A stretch of DNA of 64,000 nt from Clostridia bacterium (GCA_017406805.1 JAFQXU010000001.1:7423-71422), one strand, 5' to 3'; shown: positions 46,328-58,350, counted from the stretch's first letter. Translations and numbers: made by a program. Notes: a model not told the origin generated them from the letters alone.

Positions 46328-49300
46328 TTACATATCTTGAGCAAAATTGGATTTTTCTGCTTCTCTATTTTCGCCAGATTCGTTTTTTCTTACCATAACG
46401 TCTCTGTACCTGTGAATACCAGTCCCCGCCGGTAAAAGTTTACCAATAATTACATTTTCTTTAAGACCAACAAGCGGGTCAATTTTTCCTTTAATGGCTG
46501 CTTCAGTCAGAACACGTGTGGTTTCTTGGAATGATGCTGCCGAAAGGAATGATTCCGTTGCAAGAGATGCTTTAGTAATTCCCAGAAGTATTGGCGTACA
46601 AACTGCTTCTTCAAGCTCGGTTTCTCCTGCTTTTTTGCGAGCATTAATCTTGTCATTTTCATGGAGAAATTCCGATTTATCAACTATTGAATTTTGAATC
46701 AAATTAGTATCTCCGGGCTCATCAATTCGGACCTTACGCATCATTTGACGCACAATAACTTCGATATGTTTATCATTAATATCAACGCCCTGCATTCTGT
46801 ACACTCTTTGTACCTCTTGAATAAGGTATGCTTCCACAGCTTCCGGACCTTTAACAGCCAGAATATCGTGCGGATTTACAGAACCTTCCGTAAGAATATC
46901 GCCGGCTTCTATCTTTTGATTTTCAGAAACACAAATCCTAGAATCAAAAGGAATCAAATAAGATTTTTCGTCGCCGGTTTCTTCGTTATAAACAATAACA
47001 TTGTAGCTGTTTTTAACCTCTTCAAGGTGGACCGTACCGCTAATTTCACTAATTATTGCAAGACGTTTCGGCTTACGGCCTTCAAAAAGTTCTTCAACAC
47101 GTGGCAAACCTTGTGTTATATCTTCCGAACTTGCTATACCGCCCGTATGGAACGTTCTCATTGTAAGCTGAGTTCCCGGCTCACCGATAGATTGCGCTGC
47201 AATAATTCCAACTGCTTCTCCCACTGCAGCAGGTAAACCATTTGCCAAATCCGCACCATAACATTTTTTGCAAACGCCTTGTTTGGATCTGCAATTCAAA
47301 ATTGAGCGAATTTCAATTTTTTCAACGCCATGAGAAATTATAATTTCTGCATCTTTATCATCCATTAACTTATCTTTTGAAATAAGTACCTCTTTTGTTT
47401 TTGGATCCACAAAATCTTCACAAAGATACCTGCCAATCAGACGTTCGCTAAGACTTTCGATTGATTCTTTGCCATCTTTAATTTCAAACACAGTAATACC
47501 ATGAGTTGCACCGCAATCGTCTTCTCTAATTATAACCTCTTGCGATACATCTACAAGCCTACGTGTAAGGTATCCCGAGTCTGCTGTACGAAGTGCAGTA
47601 TCTGCAGAACCTTTCCTTGCGCCACGAGAAGCTATAAAGTACTCCAATATATTAAGCCCTTCACGGTAGTTACCCCTAATCGGTATTTCAATTGTCGCAC
47701 CGGAAGTATTTGCAATGAGCCCACGCATACCTGCAAGCTGCCTAATCTGACTCATTGAACCCCTTGCTCCTGAATCTGCCATCATAAATACAGGATTATA
47801 TTTATCCAAATTTAATTGCAATGCTTTTGAAACATCATCAGTGGCTTTTTCCCAGATTTTTAAAGTATGAGTTCTTCTTTCATTATCAGACATAAGTCCA
47901 CGTCTGAAATCTTTCAAAACATTATCTATATCGCTTTCAGCTTTTGCCAAAATATCTTTTTTTGCGGGCGGTATAACTGCATCGCAAACGGCAATTGTAA
48001 TTGCACCTTTTGTGGAATATTTATACCCCTGAGCCTTGATATCGTCAAGAATTTTTGCGGTTTTTTGAGTTCCATGAACTTTAATGCACGCATCTACTAT
48101 ATTTCCGAGTTGTTTTTTGCCTACCAGGAAATTAATTTCGAGCTGACCTTCGTTTTCGGGGATTGTTCTGTCTATATAGCCCAAATCTTGCGGTATTGGC
48201 TGATTAAATATGATTCTTCCGGGCGTGGTTTCTATTAAAACATTCTTTCCGTTTACAACTCTTCTTACTTTGATTTTTGCATGAAGCCCAACGACTTTGG
48301 CATCATACGCCATAAGAACCTCGTTGAAATCTCTAAACACTTTACCTTCGCCGGGTTCACCATCTTTTTCGAGCGTAAGATAATATGAACCAAGAACCAT
48401 ATCCTGGGTCGGAACTGTAACCGGCCTACCATCAGAAGGTTTAAGGAGATTTCCAGAAGCAAGCATTAAAAACCTTGCTTCTGCCTGTGCTTCTGCGGAA
48501 AGTGGAACGTGAACCGCCATTTGGTCACCGTCGAAGTCTGCGTTATATGCAGAACATACAAGCGGATGAAGTTTAAGTGCTCTTCCTTCTACCAAAACAG
48601 GTTCAAATGCTTGTATTCCGAGTCTGTGAAGCGTTGGAGCACGGTTCAAAAGGACAGGGTGCCCTTTAATTACAATTTCAAGTGCATCCCAAACTTCCGG
48701 TCTGCATCTATCCACAGCTTTTCTTGCGGCTTTTATGTTGTTTACAACGCCAATTTCAACCAATCTCTTCATAACAAACGGTTTAAAAAGTTCCAGCGCC
48801 ATTTCTTTTGGAAGTCCACATTGATAAATTTTAAGTTCAGGGCCAACAACGATAACCGACCTTCCCGAATAGTCAACACGTTTTCCGAGAAGATTTTGTC
48901 TAAATCTTCCTTGTTTACCTTTAAGCATATCAGAAAGTGATTTAAGAGGTCTATTATTCGGGCCTGTTACAGGTCTTCCACGGCGACCGTTATCAATTAA
49001 AGCGTCCACAGATTCTTGAAGCATTCTTTTTTCGTTTCTAATAATGATATCCGGCGCACCCAAATCCATAAGGCGCTTTAAACGATTGTTTCTATTAATA
49101 ACACGTCTGTAAAGATCATTTAAATCAGAAGTTGCAAATCTGCCGCCATCAAGCTGAACCATTGGTCGCAAATCGGGCGGAATTACGGGAAGAGCTTCAA
49201 GAATCATCCACTCAGGGCGATTACCCGACAATCTAAATGATTCCACAGATTCCAATCTTTTTAAAAGTCTTATCTTTTTTTGACCGGTTGCTGTAACCAA

Positions 49301-49882
49301 AGACTCTTTTATTTCTTCCGAAAGGGCTTCTAAATCGATTTTTTCAAGGAGCTTTTTAATGGCTTCGGCTCCCATTCCTGCTTCAAAGTCATCTTCGTAT
49401 TTTTCGCGCAAATCCTGGTATTCTTTTTCGGTTAAAAATTGCTGAGCGCTAAGTTCCTTCACATCGCCCGGATCAATTACCACATAAAGAGCAAAATAGA
49501 GAACTTTTTCAAGCATTCTGGGTGACATATCTAAAATTAATCCCATTCTGGACGGAATGCCTTTAAAATACCAAATGTGAGAAACCGGTGCCGCAAGCTC
49601 AATATGTCCCATTCGTTCACGGCGAACCTTTGAACGCGTTACTTCCACTCCGCAGCGGTCGCATATTTTGCCTTTGTATCTTATCCTTTTATATTTTCCG
49701 CAGTGGCATTCCCAGTCTTTTTGAGGTCCAAAAATACGTTCACAAAACAAACCATCTGTTTCCGGTTTTAAAGTTCTATAATTTATTGTTTCAGGTTTTT
49801 TTACTTCTCCGTATGACCAACTTCTTATTTTTTCAGGAGACGCCAAACCTATTTTTATTGATTCAAAAATATTAAAATCCAT
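46328..49882 (-). CDS. rpoC: DNA-directed RNA polymerase subunit beta'
   Basis: 1184 aa with the Zn finger [23 protein letters not shown] and [12 protein letters not shown]. Confidence 0.98.
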   Translation of the reverse strand: MDFNIFESIKIGLASPEKIRSWSYGEVKKPETINYRTLKPETDGLFCERIFGPQKDWECHCGKYKRIRYKGKICDRCGVEVTRSKVRRERMGHIELAAPVSHIWYFKGIPSRMGLILDMSPRMLEKVLYFALYVVIDPGDVKELSAQQFLTEKEYQDLREKYEDDFEAGMGAEAIKKLLEKIDLEALSEEIKESLVTATGQKKIRLLKRLESVESFRLSGNRPEWMILEALPVIPPDLRPMVQLDGGRFATSDLNDLYRRVINRNNRLKRLMDLGAPDIIIRNEKRMLQESVDALIDNGRRGRPVTGPNNRPLKSLSDMLKGKQGRFRQNLLGKRVDYSGRSVIVVGPELKIYQCGLPKEMALELFKPFVMKRLVEIGVVNNIKAARKAVDRCRPEVWDALEIVIKGHPVLLNRAPTLHRLGIQAFEPVLVEGRALKLHPLVCSAYNADFDGDQMAVHVPLSAEAQAEARFLMLASGNLLKPSDGRPVTVPTQDMVLGSYYLTLEKDGEPGEGKVFRDFNEVLMAYDAKVVGLHAKIKVRRVVNGKNVLIETTPGRIIFNQPIPQDLGYIDRTIPENEGQLEINFLVGKKQLGNIVDACIKVHGTQKTAKILDDIKAQGYKYSTKGAITIAVCDAVIPPAKKDILAKAESDIDNVLKDFRRGLMSDNERRTHTLKIWEKATDDVSKALQLNLDKYNPVFMMADSGARGSMSQIRQLAGMRGLIANTSGATIEIPIRGNYREGLNILEYFIASRGARKGSADTALRTADSGYLTRRLVDVSQEVIIREDDCGATHGITVFEIKDGKESIESLSERLIGRYLCEDFVDPKTKEVLISKDKLMDDKDAEIIISHGVEKIEIRSILNCRSKQGVCKKCYGADLANGLPAAVGEAVGIIAAQSIGEPGTQLTMRTFHTGGIASSEDITQGLPRVEELFEGRKPKRLAIISEISGTVHLEEVKNSYNVIVYNEETGDEKSYLIPFDSRICVSENQKIEAGDILTEGSVNPHDILAVKGPEAVEAYLIQEVQRVYRMQGVDINDKHIEVIVRQMMRKVRIDEPGDTNLIQNSIVDKSEFLHENDKINARKKAGETELEEAVCTPILLGITKASLATESFLSAASFQETTRVLTEAAIKGKIDPLVGLKENVIIGKLLPAGTGIHRYRDVMVRKNESGENREAEKSNFAQDM

Positions 49883-49958
49883 ACTGCAACCCCTTAAATT
49901 TTTTATGAATTTGTTAACTTGTTTTTTTGCTAATTTGTATCTAATTTAATTAATTTGG

Positions 49959-52900
49959 TTATAATTCTTCCGAATCATCGCTTAAATCATCGTCCATGTC
50001 TTCATCGTAAAACTCATCATCATCTGATTCTTCCATGGTTTCTCCGTCAGAATTTTCTATAGCGTACCCTTTGTCCTCGGAATTTGTCATTACTTCAGGG
50101 CCTAAAATGTCTTTATCTATTGCAAGGCCCATATCGTCTTCGTCTTCAAAATCACATTTAAGGTCAATTTCGTTATTATCTTTATCAAGCACCGACAAAT
50201 CAAGACCCATAGACTGCAATTCTTTTATAAGAACTTTAAACGACTCGGGGATACCCGGTTTTGGTATATTTTGTCCTTTTACAATCGATTCATAAGTTTT
50301 AACTCTACCTACGACATCGTCGGATTTAACGGTTAAAATTTCTTGAAGCGTATATGCTGCGCCATAAGCCTCAAGCGCCCAAACTTCCATTTCTCCAAAT
50401 CTTTGTCCACCGAACTGTGCTTTACCGCCAAGTGGCTGCTGCGTTACGAGCGAATATGGGCCCGTGGACCTTGCGTGAATTTTATCGTCAACCAAGTGAT
50501 GCAATTTAAGGTAATACATATATCCCACTGTTACAGGATTATCAAAGTATTCTCCCGTTCTTCCGTCTTTAAGCCACATTTTACCGTCTTCATTGTATCC
50601 TGCATCTTTTAAACATTTAAATATATCATCTTCGTGCGCGCCGTCAAATACCGGCGTTGCAATTTTCCAACCAAGAGCTTTTGCGGCATATCCAAGATGC
50701 ACCTCCAAAACCTGACCGATATTCATACGTGAAGGAACACCAAGAGGATTAAGAACTATATCCAGCGGCGTACCGTCCGGCAAGAATGGCATATCTTCAA
50801 CAGGTAAAATCCTGGAAACAACACCTTTGTTACCATGTCGACCGGCCATTTTATCCCCAACGGAAATCTTTCTCTTTTGCGCTATATAACATCTTACAAC
50901 CTTATTAACGCCAGGTTGAAGCTCATCTTTGCTGTTTTCTCTTGTAAACACTTTAACATCTACAACAATTCCATATTCACCATGCGGAACTCTGAGAGAG
51001 GTATCTCTTACTTCTCTTGCTTTTTCACCAAATATAGCTCTGAGAAGTCTTTCTTCGGCGGTAAGTTCCGTTTCACCTTTTGGCGTTACTTTACCAACAA
51101 GAATATCCCCCGCTCTAACCTCAGCACCAATTCTTATAATACCGTTTTCGTCAAGGTCTTTTAGTAAATCTTCATTTACGTTCGGAATATCACGAGTAAT
51201 TTCCTCAGGCCCAAGTTTGGTATCTCTGGATTCGATTTCGTATTTTTCTATATGAATTGATGTATAAACATCTTCTCTAACTATTTTTTCACTAATAAGA
51301 ACTGCGTCTTCGTAATTGTAACCTTCCCATGTCATAAAGCCTATGAGAGCATTTTTGCCCAAGCTTATTTCTCCGTGATCGGTAGCCGGACCATCTGCAA
51401 GGACTTCGCCGGCTTTTACGCGCTGCTTAACGGAAACTATCGGCACTTGGTTAACACAAGTACTTTGGTTTGAACGTGTAAATTTAGTAAGGTTAAATAT
51501 TTCGTCTTTTCCGGAATCATAATGAACCACAATTCTATCTGCGCTAACGCTTTTTACAACACCATCTTCTTTAGAAAGAACACAAACTCCGGAGTCTACT
51601 CCCGCTTGATATTCCATACCTGTTCCAACGATTGGTGCTTCACTTTTTAAAAGCGGGACGGCTTGCTTCTGCATGTTTGAACCCATAAGTGCACGGTTAG
51701 CGTCATCGTTTTCCAAAAACGGTATCATTGCAGTTGCAACAGAAACAACCATTTTCGGCGAAACATCCATGAAATCCACTTCATTTTTTGGAATTTCAAC
51801 GAACTGGTCTTTACATCTGCCATTAACTTTAGCATTGATAAATTCTCCGTTTTTATCAAGCGGCTCATTTGCCTGTGCAACTATATATTCATCTTCCTCG
51901 TCCGCCGTCATGTAAACAACCTCGGAAGTTACTCTGCCGGTTTTTTTATCAACTTTTCTAAACGGCGCTTCAATGAACCCATATTCATTAACCTTTGCAA
52001 ATGTTGAAAGGTACGAAATAAGACCTATATTTGGGCCTTCCGGAGTTTCAATCGGGCACATACGTCCATAGTGACTGTAATGAACGTCCCTGACTTCAAA
52101 CCCAGCACGATCTCTGGAAAGACCTCCGGGGCCAAGTGCAGAAAGTCTCCTTTTGTGAGTAAGCTCAGAAAGCGGATTTGTCTGGTCCATAAACTGTGAA
52201 AGCGGCGAGGAACCAAAAAATTCTTTAATTGCAGCAACAATCGGCCTAATGTTGATAAGTGCGTTAGGCGTTATTACTTCTAGGTCTTGCGCTTGAAGTG
52301 TCATTCTTTCTCTTATTACACGTTCAAGTCTGGAAAATCCTATTCTAACTTGATTTTGCAAAAGTTCCCCAACCGAACGAATTCTTCTGTTACCAAGGTG
52401 ATCTATATCATCTGTAACTCCCACACCATGATTTAAACAAATCATATAGTTAATTGAAGCAAAAATATCATCAACTATAATGTGTTTTGGCACAAGTTCA
52501 TCTATTCTGCTTATAATAGCATTTTTCAATTCTTTTTCGGTTTTACATGTTTCCAAAATTTCCGAAAGAATACTAAATCTAACTTTTTCTTTAACGTCGC
52601 AAGCTTTTTTGGCGTCGAACTTAACGAATTTATTTATATCAACCATTCCGTTGGATATAATTTTTAATTCTTTTTCACCATCTTTAACGTATGCCATGCA
52701 AATACCTGCGTTTTCGATTTCCAAGGCTTTCTTTTCGGAAATAACTTCGCCGACATCAGCAATTATTTCACCGGTCATAGGGTTTGGAATTGGGCGAGTA
52801 AGTTCCTGCCCTTTCAAGCGATGTGAAATAGCTAATTTTTTATTGTATTTATATCTTCCCACACGTGATAAATCGTATCTTCTGGCATCAAAAAGAAGCG

Positions 52901-53693
52901 AATTTATGTGTGCTTGAGAATTTTCGAGTGTTGGAGGTTCACCGGGGCGAAGCTTTCTGTAAACTTCTAAAAGAGCTTCTTCCATGCATGTGCAAGCGTC
53001 TTTTTCAAGAGTTGCAGAAATGCGCTCATCTTCACCAAAATAATCTGTTATTTCGGAATCTGTACCGAGCCCTAAAGCACGTATGAACGTTGTTAAAGGT
53101 ATTTTTCTATTTTTATCGATTCTAACATATAATATATCATTAGAATCGGTTTCATATTCAAGCCATGCGCCACGATTTGGAATAATAGTGGAACTAAAAA
53201 GTTTTTTGCCGGTTTTGTCGTACTCCATTTTAAAATAAACGCCCGGCGACCTAACAAGCTGCGAAATTACAACACGTTCGGCACCATTTATTACAAATGT
53301 ACCGCTTTCGGTCATAAGCGGAAAATCGCCCATAAACACATCAGATTCTTTTACTTGACCTGTTTCACGGTTTAAAAGCCTTGCCGTTACTCTAAGAGGC
53401 GCCGCATATGTAGTGTCACGCTCTTTGCATTCATTAATGTCATAAGTCGGATGATTTACATCCATGTTATAATTGACAAAATCCAAAACCAAATTACCCG
53501 TAAAATCAGTTATGCCGGAAACATCTTTAAAAACTTCTTTAAGACCTTCTTCTAAAAACCATTTATAAGAATTTTTTTGAATTTCCAAAAGATTTGGAAG
53601 TTTTATCACCTCGTCAATTTTAGAAAAATTCATTCTGGTAGTTTTCCCAAGTTGAAGCGGTTTGACATTTGCCATAAACTTACAACACTCCAT
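49959..53693 (-). CDS. rpoB: DNA-directed RNA polymerase subunit beta (acidic C-terminal tail)
   Basis: 1244-aa ORF with canonical beta-subunit blocks. The start is uncertain: ATG 53693 or ATG 53675 ([10 protein letters not shown]...). Confidence 0.97.
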   Translation of the reverse strand: MECCKFMANVKPLQLGKTTRMNFSKIDEVIKLPNLLEIQKNSYKWFLEEGLKEVFKDVSGITDFTGNLVLDFVNYNMDVNHPTYDINECKERDTTYAAPLRVTARLLNRETGQVKESDVFMGDFPLMTESGTFVINGAERVVISQLVRSPGVYFKMEYDKTGKKLFSSTIIPNRGAWLEYETDSNDILYVRIDKNRKIPLTTFIRALGLGTDSEITDYFGEDERISATLEKDACTCMEEALLEVYRKLRPGEPPTLENSQAHINSLLFDARRYDLSRVGRYKYNKKLAISHRLKGQELTRPIPNPMTGEIIADVGEVISEKKALEIENAGICMAYVKDGEKELKIISNGMVDINKFVKFDAKKACDVKEKVRFSILSEILETCKTEKELKNAIISRIDELVPKHIIVDDIFASINYMICLNHGVGVTDDIDHLGNRRIRSVGELLQNQVRIGFSRLERVIRERMTLQAQDLEVITPNALINIRPIVAAIKEFFGSSPLSQFMDQTNPLSELTHKRRLSALGPGGLSRDRAGFEVRDVHYSHYGRMCPIETPEGPNIGLISYLSTFAKVNEYGFIEAPFRKVDKKTGRVTSEVVYMTADEEDEYIVAQANEPLDKNGEFINAKVNGRCKDQFVEIPKNEVDFMDVSPKMVVSVATAMIPFLENDDANRALMGSNMQKQAVPLLKSEAPIVGTGMEYQAGVDSGVCVLSKEDGVVKSVSADRIVVHYDSGKDEIFNLTKFTRSNQSTCVNQVPIVSVKQRVKAGEVLADGPATDHGEISLGKNALIGFMTWEGYNYEDAVLISEKIVREDVYTSIHIEKYEIESRDTKLGPEEITRDIPNVNEDLLKDLDENGIIRIGAEVRAGDILVGKVTPKGETELTAEERLLRAIFGEKAREVRDTSLRVPHGEYGIVVDVKVFTRENSKDELQPGVNKVVRCYIAQKRKISVGDKMAGRHGNKGVVSRILPVEDMPFLPDGTPLDIVLNPLGVPSRMNIGQVLEVHLGYAAKALGWKIATPVFDGAHEDDIFKCLKDAGYNEDGKMWLKDGRTGEYFDNPVTVGYMYYLKLHHLVDDKIHARSTGPYSLVTQQPLGGKAQFGGQRFGEMEVWALEAYGAAYTLQEILTVKSDDVVGRVKTYESIVKGQNIPKPGIPESFKVLIKELQSMGLDLSVLDKDNNEIDLKCDFEDEDDMGLAIDKDILGPEVMTNSEDKGYAIENSDGETMEESDDDEFYDEDMDDDLSDDSEEL

Positions 53694-54002
53694 TTCATTT
53701 CTTATACATTTATTTCTACTAAATAATTTAAAATTTACATTAAAAAATCATAAATCTTTTAACCCCAAAATTAACTTTAAAATCGACAACATTATTTTTT
53801 GCAAAATTAATATAATTTCTCTTGATTTAAGAGTAAAATTATGGTAGTATAGAAGTGATTTTTAATGCTCACTTTAAATTATCGTGCATTATAGTATTTT
53901 ACCTCGTTTTGAAACATTTGTCAAGTATGTATTTTTATTTTATATTTTTTTTTTAGTTTTTTATCAAACTTTTTTTATTTTTTAAGAAAGAAGGATTTAA
54001 AA

Positions 54003-55226
54003 ATGAATATCTATCAAGAATTAAAGCAAAGAGGTTTAATAGCTCAGGTAACCAACGAAGAAAATGTGGAAAAGCTATTAAATAGTGAAAAAGTACCTTT
54101 TTACATTGGATTTGAACCCACGGCAGATTCCCTGCACGTTGGACATTTTGTGCAAATTTTAATTATGTCAAGACTGCAAAAAGCAGGACATATCCCGATA
54201 ATACTCTTTGGCGGAGGTACGGGGTTAATCGGCGACCCTTCCGGCAAAACAGACATGAGAAAAATGCTTTCAACCGAAACGATTGATCATAACATAAAAT
54301 GTTTTATTAAGCAAGCCTCCAAATTCTTGGATTTTTCACCCGGAAAAGCCATTATAGTAAATAATGCAGACTGGCTGAGAAATCTTAATTATATAGACTT
54401 TTTAAGGGAAATAGGGGTGCATTTTTCCGTTAACAGAATGCTTGCCGCAGAATGCTATAAACAGCGCTTGGAAACAGGGCTAACATTTTTTGAACTCAAT
54501 TACATGCTAATGCAAAGCTACGATTTTTTGGTACTAAACAGAAAATACGGATGCAAGTTAGAGCTTGGCGGAGATGACCAATGGAGCAACATAATAGGCG
54601 GAGTGGAACTTGTAAGAAAATGTGACAGAAAAGAAGCTTACGGCCTAACCTTTAAACTTTTAACCACAAGCGAAGGCAAAAAAATGGGCAAAACCGAAAA
54701 AGGAGCTCTTTGGTTAGACTCAGAAAAAGTATCCCCTTATGATTTTTATCAATATTGGAGAAACGTCGGTGACAAAGACGTAATCAACTGTTTAAATATG
54801 CTCACGTTTATACCGGTTGAAAAAATAAAAGAATATGAAAAATTGGAAGGTCAAGAATTAAACAAAGTTAAAGAAATTTTGGCTTTTGAAGTAACAAAAC
54901 TCGTTCACGGCGAAGAAGAAGCCACCAAAGCAATGAACACAGCCAAAGCGTTATTTTCTGCAAGTGAACAATCGGAAGAAAATATGCCAAAATTCCAAAT
55001 TAATTCTGAAATGCTAACAGATGGCAAAATAAACATTCAGCAATTATTGGTAGTATCAAGTTTGGCGCCATCTAAAAGTGAAGCAAGAAGGCTTATTACT
55101 CAAGGCGGAATTTCAGTAGACGGAGAGAAAATAACAGATATAAACCACAGTATAGTATTAGATCAATTAGCAAACGGAATAGTAATTAAAAAAGGCAAAA
55201 AAGTTTACAAAAAAATATACATCTAA
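54003..55226 (+). CDS. tyrS: Tyrosine--tRNA ligase
   Basis: HIGH-type motif (SLHVGHF), KMSKS-type motif (KKMGKT), and a C-terminal S4 domain. Confidence 0.95.
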   Translation: MNIYQELKQRGLIAQVTNEENVEKLLNSEKVPFYIGFEPTADSLHVGHFVQILIMSRLQKAGHIPIILFGGGTGLIGDPSGKTDMRKMLSTETIDHNIKCFIKQASKFLDFSPGKAIIVNNADWLRNLNYIDFLREIGVHFSVNRMLAAECYKQRLETGLTFFELNYMLMQSYDFLVLNRKYGCKLELGGDDQWSNIIGGVELVRKCDRKEAYGLTFKLLTTSEGKKMGKTEKGALWLDSEKVSPYDFYQYWRNVGDKDVINCLNMLTFIPVEKIKEYEKLEGQELNKVKEILAFEVTKLVHGEEEATKAMNTAKALFSASEQSEENMPKFQINSEMLTDGKINIQQLLVVSSLAPSKSEARRLITQGGISVDGEKITDINHSIVLDQLANGIVIKKGKKVYKKIYI

Positions 55227-55233
55227 AAAGCCA

Positions 55234-55266
55234 AAAAGCTTCGGATAAAATCCGAAGCTTTTTTAG
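55234..55266. terminator. Bidirectional terminator
   Basis: Stem AAAGCTTCGGA/TCCGAAGCTTT flanked by A- and T-runs, between convergent genes. Confidence 0.8.
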
Positions 55267-55277
55267 TTTAAGCAAAT

Positions 55278-55607
55278 TTAAAGTATATTATCGTTATTTT
55301 GAGGTTTAAATATGGTAGGACCTTTTTTCATATTCTTATAGAATTTCATAGCTGAAAGCGCTTTAGCACCAACTGATACTCCGCCGCCAACATAGCTAAG
55401 CATTTCTTTGTCAAGCTCAGTTATATCTGTGTCGTATTCACCTTGGCTACTGTTGAGAAAATCAAGAAATTCATCACGAGTATAACCATCTTCAACACTT
55501 AAGCAAAAATCATACACATCATCGTACGTTTCTTTCTTCGCAAGCTCTTTCATCAAATCTTCTCTTTCCAGAACAGCTTCAATCATCTTATTGATATTGG
55601 TCACCAT
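55278..55607 (-). CDS. Nif11-like leader peptide family precursor (GG-type cleavage motif)
   Basis: 109 aa from ATG 55607, which lies 5 nt after GGAGGGG. The leader MVTNINKMIEAVLEREDLMKELAKKETYDDVYDFCLSVEDGYTRDEFLDFL...ITELDKEMLSYVGGG is Nif11-like, followed by a basic core of about 33 aa. Confidence 0.6.
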   Translation of the reverse strand: MVTNINKMIEAVLEREDLMKELAKKETYDDVYDFCLSVEDGYTRDEFLDFLNSSQGEYDTDITELDKEMLSYVGGGVSVGAKALSAMKFYKNMKKGPTIFKPQNNDNIL

Positions 55608-55629
55608 AAAAACCCCTCCAAAACAAATT

Positions 55630-58029
55630 CTATTTAAATTCAGCTTTAAATACATATTTTTTATAAACAGGATCTTTTATAACAAAAAATTTATTGTTGG
55701 TGTCTTTTCTGGCTCGTATTTCTTCTTCCGGATTGATTTCTTGCAAGTCATATTTTTTGTAAACATCAGTTTTTACGTAAATATCACTTTCTTCTTCAAA
55801 GTTTATATCTTCTTCTTCGTCAGAGGTAACATTTTCAAGTTCATACTTTTTATATTTATCTCCAACTTTAACGTATAGACCTTTTCTGTCTTTTTTGGCA
55901 ACTTTTTCTTCTTCGGAAGAAACATCCAACAATTTATATTTCTTGTATTCGCCACCAATTTTAACATAGAGGTTTTTGTTTTGCAAGATATAATTTTGAT
56001 CTTTTAAAATTAACTCTTTTTCTTCAGGGGTAATATCTTCTAGTTTGCGTTTTTTGTAGCCTTGAAGTTTTACGTATAGTTTTCCGCCCAATTTACTGCT
56101 AATATGTTTCTTAGCTATTTTTTCTTCTTCCGGAGAAAGATCGAGAAGTCTATACTTTTTATATTCTTTATTAATTTTCACATATTGCTTGAAATCTTTA
56201 TCATTTTTAGCAATTTCAATTTCTTCAGGCTCAATATCATCTAATTTATACTTATAAGCACCGCTTATAAGTTTATAGTTTTTCCCTTCTTTATCTTCTT
56301 TTGCGGCTTTTAATTCTCTATTATTGATGTCTCTTAATACAAATTTTAGTACTACATCTTTACCATTTGCATTTTTGAAATCTTCATTGCTCTTGCCTGA
56401 CAAGAATCTGGTTATTACCGAAGATGCTTCGCCGAATAAATAATTTAACAAATGCCTTGCGCCTTCGCCGTAAGCTCTGGTTTTTTGGGCTAAAGCTTCA
56501 ATTGTTTCATCATCCACTATCAGATTGATGCCACCGCAATCTTCGTGTGCAAAATATTCTTTAAGAACAGGTATAAACTGAGAAGATGCGATATCTTTAT
56601 ATGTTTGTATCGGTAAATTTTCAAATTCTACAAGTCTAATTCTATTAGTAAAAGATTTATCATGAATATGTTCTGTTAAAGAATCATCCATTTCTTCTTC
56701 ACCAGATTGATTAAGTGATGCTTTTGTTTCGTTTGAAGTTAATATGAACGTAATTCCGGAACAATCTAACTCTTGATTGTATACAAGGACTTTACCGTTA
56801 TCTATTATTCCCCTCATAACTTCATCTAAAGAATCATCGTAAAACTTATCATATTCATCGATAATAACTATTCCATTAGGATGATTTTGTATATAGCGGT
56901 ACAAACTGCTCTTCATCTTTTTAGCACCACCATCTCCGAAACCAAAATCGGCAGCTTTTGGCCCAAATATTTGAGATACAAGCGATTCTTCCTTGTTTTT
57001 AAGGTCAACATCGGAAGAACTCATAAAATAAGGCTCCGCGTCACTTCCTAATATTTTATACTTTGCCAAACCTTTTGCAGCGTAGGATTTACCCACACCT
57101 GAAGGCCCAATAAAGTAAAGTACATCACCATGAGAATAAGTTTCTCCGCGGCGTCTTGCCATATCTTTTTTAGTAACTATATCATTTATATGTGTTCTAA
57201 GTTTTTCTTTTGCCTCCTCTTGACCTTTAAAGTCTTTAAACAACAGTTCCAGACTTTCACTGCTACTTTTCGGGTTAACCGGCAAACTTGGGTATAGTAT
57301 ATTATCTAGTTTTGTCTTAATTTTATCATATGCGGTTCCAAAAAATCCATAAGGGCTAATAACTTTTTGAATATCTTCACCCAGTTCACCCGCACTGCTA
57401 AAAAATGACTTGATACCACTCAAAAAGAAACCACCTACAGACGCACCGACCATCATTGAACTGATAACCGGATTTTTATCACAAAAATTAAAAAAAGTAT
57501 TTATAATATTATTAGAACACCTATCACTATTATCAGTTCTTTGCACATCAGCAGGTTTATGACCTTCTTTATTCGGAATGAACGTAGGGTTGTTACCATT
57601 ACCAAAGTCCACAAAACAACCACCTAGCTCCGAATCATATTCTTTTTTATAGCTGTGTGTTTCGGATTTGTTGTCTTTATTATCTGCACCGGATTCTTTA
57701 TCATCCGCATTTTCCTTTGGAGGTTCGGGATCTTTATTGGGTTCAGTTGGTTCATTGGATTTTTGACGATATTTATAAAAACCATAACCGCCAACACAAC
57801 ATACCACAACCGCTAAAGCAGCTGCTGCAATAAATTTCCACTTATGCTTTTTAACAAAATCCCAGGCCTTTCCTGCAAAACTTTTTTCTCCTTTGCTGGT
57901 AGACGTCGAAACACTACTTGACACACTTGTTTCTGCGGCGTATACATTAATATTGCCCGAATTTAATGGTGACGATGTAGTAAGCGTCAAAACAGCCAGC
58001 GTACAAGCTAAACTTTTTTTGAAATTCAT
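55630..58029 (-). CDS. Membrane-anchored AAA+ ATPase (ClpA/B D2-like, AAA_2-type) with a C-terminal tandem repeat array
   Basis: Signal-like N-terminus, a TM (FIAAAALAVVVCCVGGYGFY), a Pro/Asp/Lys-rich linker, Walker A GPSGVGKS, Walker B IVIIDEYDK, then seven 17-36 aa repeats. Confidence 0.7.
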   Translation of the reverse strand: MNFKKSLACTLAVLTLTTSSPLNSGNINVYAAETSVSSSVSTSTSKGEKSFAGKAWDFVKKHKWKFIAAAALAVVVCCVGGYGFYKYRQKSNEPTEPNKDPEPPKENADDKESGADNKDNKSETHSYKKEYDSELGGCFVDFGNGNNPTFIPNKEGHKPADVQRTDNSDRCSNNIINTFFNFCDKNPVISSMMVGASVGGFFLSGIKSFFSSAGELGEDIQKVISPYGFFGTAYDKIKTKLDNILYPSLPVNPKSSSESLELLFKDFKGQEEAKEKLRTHINDIVTKKDMARRRGETYSHGDVLYFIGPSGVGKSYAAKGLAKYKILGSDAEPYFMSSSDVDLKNKEESLVSQIFGPKAADFGFGDGGAKKMKSSLYRYIQNHPNGIVIIDEYDKFYDDSLDEVMRGIIDNGKVLVYNQELDCSGITFILTSNETKASLNQSGEEEMDDSLTEHIHDKSFTNRIRLVEFENLPIQTYKDIASSQFIPVLKEYFAHEDCGGINLIVDDETIEALAQKTRAYGEGARHLLNYLFGEASSVITRFLSGKSNEDFKNANGKDVVLKFVLRDINNRELKAAKEDKEGKNYKLISGAYKYKLDDIEPEEIEIAKNDKDFKQYVKINKEYKKYRLLDLSPEEEKIAKKHISSKLGGKLYVKLQGYKKRKLEDITPEEKELILKDQNYILQNKNLYVKIGGEYKKYKLLDVSSEEEKVAKKDRKGLYVKVGDKYKKYELENVTSDEEEDINFEEESDIYVKTDVYKKYDLQEINPEEEIRARKDTNNKFFVIKDPVYKKYVFKAEFK
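55633..56280 (-). repeat. Coding tandem repeat: seven units of consensus YVK-x-G-x-YKKY-x-L-x-D-[IV]-[ST]-P-EEE...
   Basis: The last 216 aa of the AAA+ ORF split into units of 32, 36, 36, 31, 32, 32 and 17 aa with recurring YVK...YKKY...EEE. Confidence 0.8.
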
Positions 58030-58205
58030 TTTTTTCTCCTACTTTCTTTAGTATTTTAATTAAAATTAATTTTTAATTAATATCGCAATTACAATTATAT
58101 CATTTTATTGTAATAATGTCAACAAATAATTTAAAAAAATATTGTAACCATTTTTTTAAATTTGAAATAGTATGTAATGTAAATACTAAAAGGAGGAATT
58201 AATAT

Positions 58206-58334
58206 ATGTGTAACAACTTTTTTGGCGGAAACAACTGCTGCTTCATCATCTTACTTATCATTATAATTTTATGCTGTTGCGGCGACGACAGCTGCGGCTG
58301 CAATAACGGCTGCGGTTGTGGTTGTGGGGGCTAA
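58206..58334 (+). CDS. Unannotated 42-aa Cys/Gly-rich tiny TM peptide (YjcZ/tiny_TM_bacill-like)
   Basis: ATG lies 7 nt after AAAGGAGGAA. The product is MCNNFFGGNNCCFIILLIIIILCCCGDDSCGCNNGCGCGCGG. A strong terminator follows. It is too short for the ORF track. Confidence 0.6.
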   Translation: MCNNFFGGNNCCFIILLIIIILCCCGDDSCGCNNGCGCGCGG

Positions 58335-58350
58335 TACACCCACACTAACA

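Noticed and set aside
38640-53086. Numerous 60-180 aa ORFs inside or antisense to the PFOR gene, rpoC and rpoB
   Set aside because: All are nested within long, strongly supported genes and show biased low-complexity translations.
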